From the NCBI GenBank assembly GCA_964247055.1, contig OZ176052.1:10354001-10418000 (forward strand): 64,000 nucleotides of DNA, read 5' to 3'. The notes under the pieces are model-generated. The model saw nothing but the letters and a program-made list of their open reading frames with translations. It did not search any database and was not told the origin of the DNA. A program made the position numbers and the translations under genes. Within the stretch, counting starts at the first letter, position 1. Each line of letters begins with the position of its first letter. Positions 62,991 to 64,000 of this stretch are shown in pieces. Origin of the DNA: Paragordius varius (Eukaryota; Animalia; Nematomorpha).

Positions 62991-64000
62991 GTATTATGGA
63001 TAGCATATTTATACCATATATATGTTGGCAATTATGAAGATTTGTAAAGGGAATAGTTTAAAATATATTTAAATTAACCACACTAATTTAGTCGCGTTTT
63101 AGGGATTCGAAACGGAGATTACCAGTTTTTATATTATCGTCAAAAAATCATAAAAACGCCGTGCCTTTGTAACATTTTATTTTTATACAACGTCACCTGC
63201 TTTTAATTTATAAATGGATCTAACATTATTTTCAAGTTTTTATGTACTCTGATCTTTATTATATTCAAATTATTGGTTTTCATAAAAATAGAGTAGAAAA
63301 TGTTTAGCTAAAACATTAGACAAAATTGTTGGAAAAGGAACATTTGTTAAAACCGTTTTTAAAAATATAAACATATGTTAAAGATTATAAATCATGGCAT
63401 ATAGCCTACGCTCACAACAGGCTTTAGACCTCGCATTAAATGATTATTTCATGTTAATGATAATGTACACTTCGATTTTATATAAAGTCTTAGTTCAAGA
63501 TAATTGTTTAAATATCACCCACGCACTTACTGGTATTCTGGTAATTTTAAAGCCTTTATAATGAACCAAAAAAATTAAATATTATGAGAAAACTAATGAT
63601 AACTACAATATTTTTAATTTAAAAAAGTGTCTAGCTGCGGATATTAAGCCATGTATTATTCCAATATTTTGGTTCAGTTTAGGGGTTCCTATACTTTAAA
63701 AGAGTTAAAAAATATATTTTTAAGATATTACTTTAAATCCATTGTCCCATTAGCACCTTTGAGTGATGCTTGCCTTAAAGGGTGGATTAGTTGATGTTAA
63801 CTTAATCTTAATGGCCAGATACACTATATCTTAGGTAGGATTGGATTAAAAATCTTATAAATTGCAGAGATGTTGCTTAAGAAGATTCATATACATTATA
63901 AGGTAATTTTTTTGTAATTCACAAACTACCTTTATTAACTTTGTGCCATTAGATTTTTAAAAATTATTTTACTAACGAACTTTTTTAACGTTATTTACAA

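Overview
Very AT-rich eukaryotic (animal) genomic DNA with spliceosomal introns; the species cannot be assigned from sequence alone. The left ~48 kb is a transposon-saturated array holding three intact, minus-strand, six-exon paralogues of a secreted trypsin-fold protein that has lost the whole catalytic triad. Copies 1 and 2 lie in a ~13 kb tandem duplication; copy 3 is older. The array also contains Helitron-like elements with internal ~160/320 bp tandem repeats, hAT-Blackjack relics, a dead mariner, several MITEs, a foldback with an RTE-LINE fragment at its axis, and a tRNA-derived SINE. The right ~16 kb holds an IGF2BP/Imp orthologue (minus strand, 2 RRM + 4 KH) head-to-head with a full-length KDM4/JMJD2 demethylase (plus strand), then the first exon of a secreted serpin. 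The most striking feature is that the first two introns of both Imp and KDM4 are only 22-25 nt, while every other intron I could place is 57 nt or longer. Exon coordinates and phases were worked out by hand. Identities are by-eye estimates and no database searches were run.
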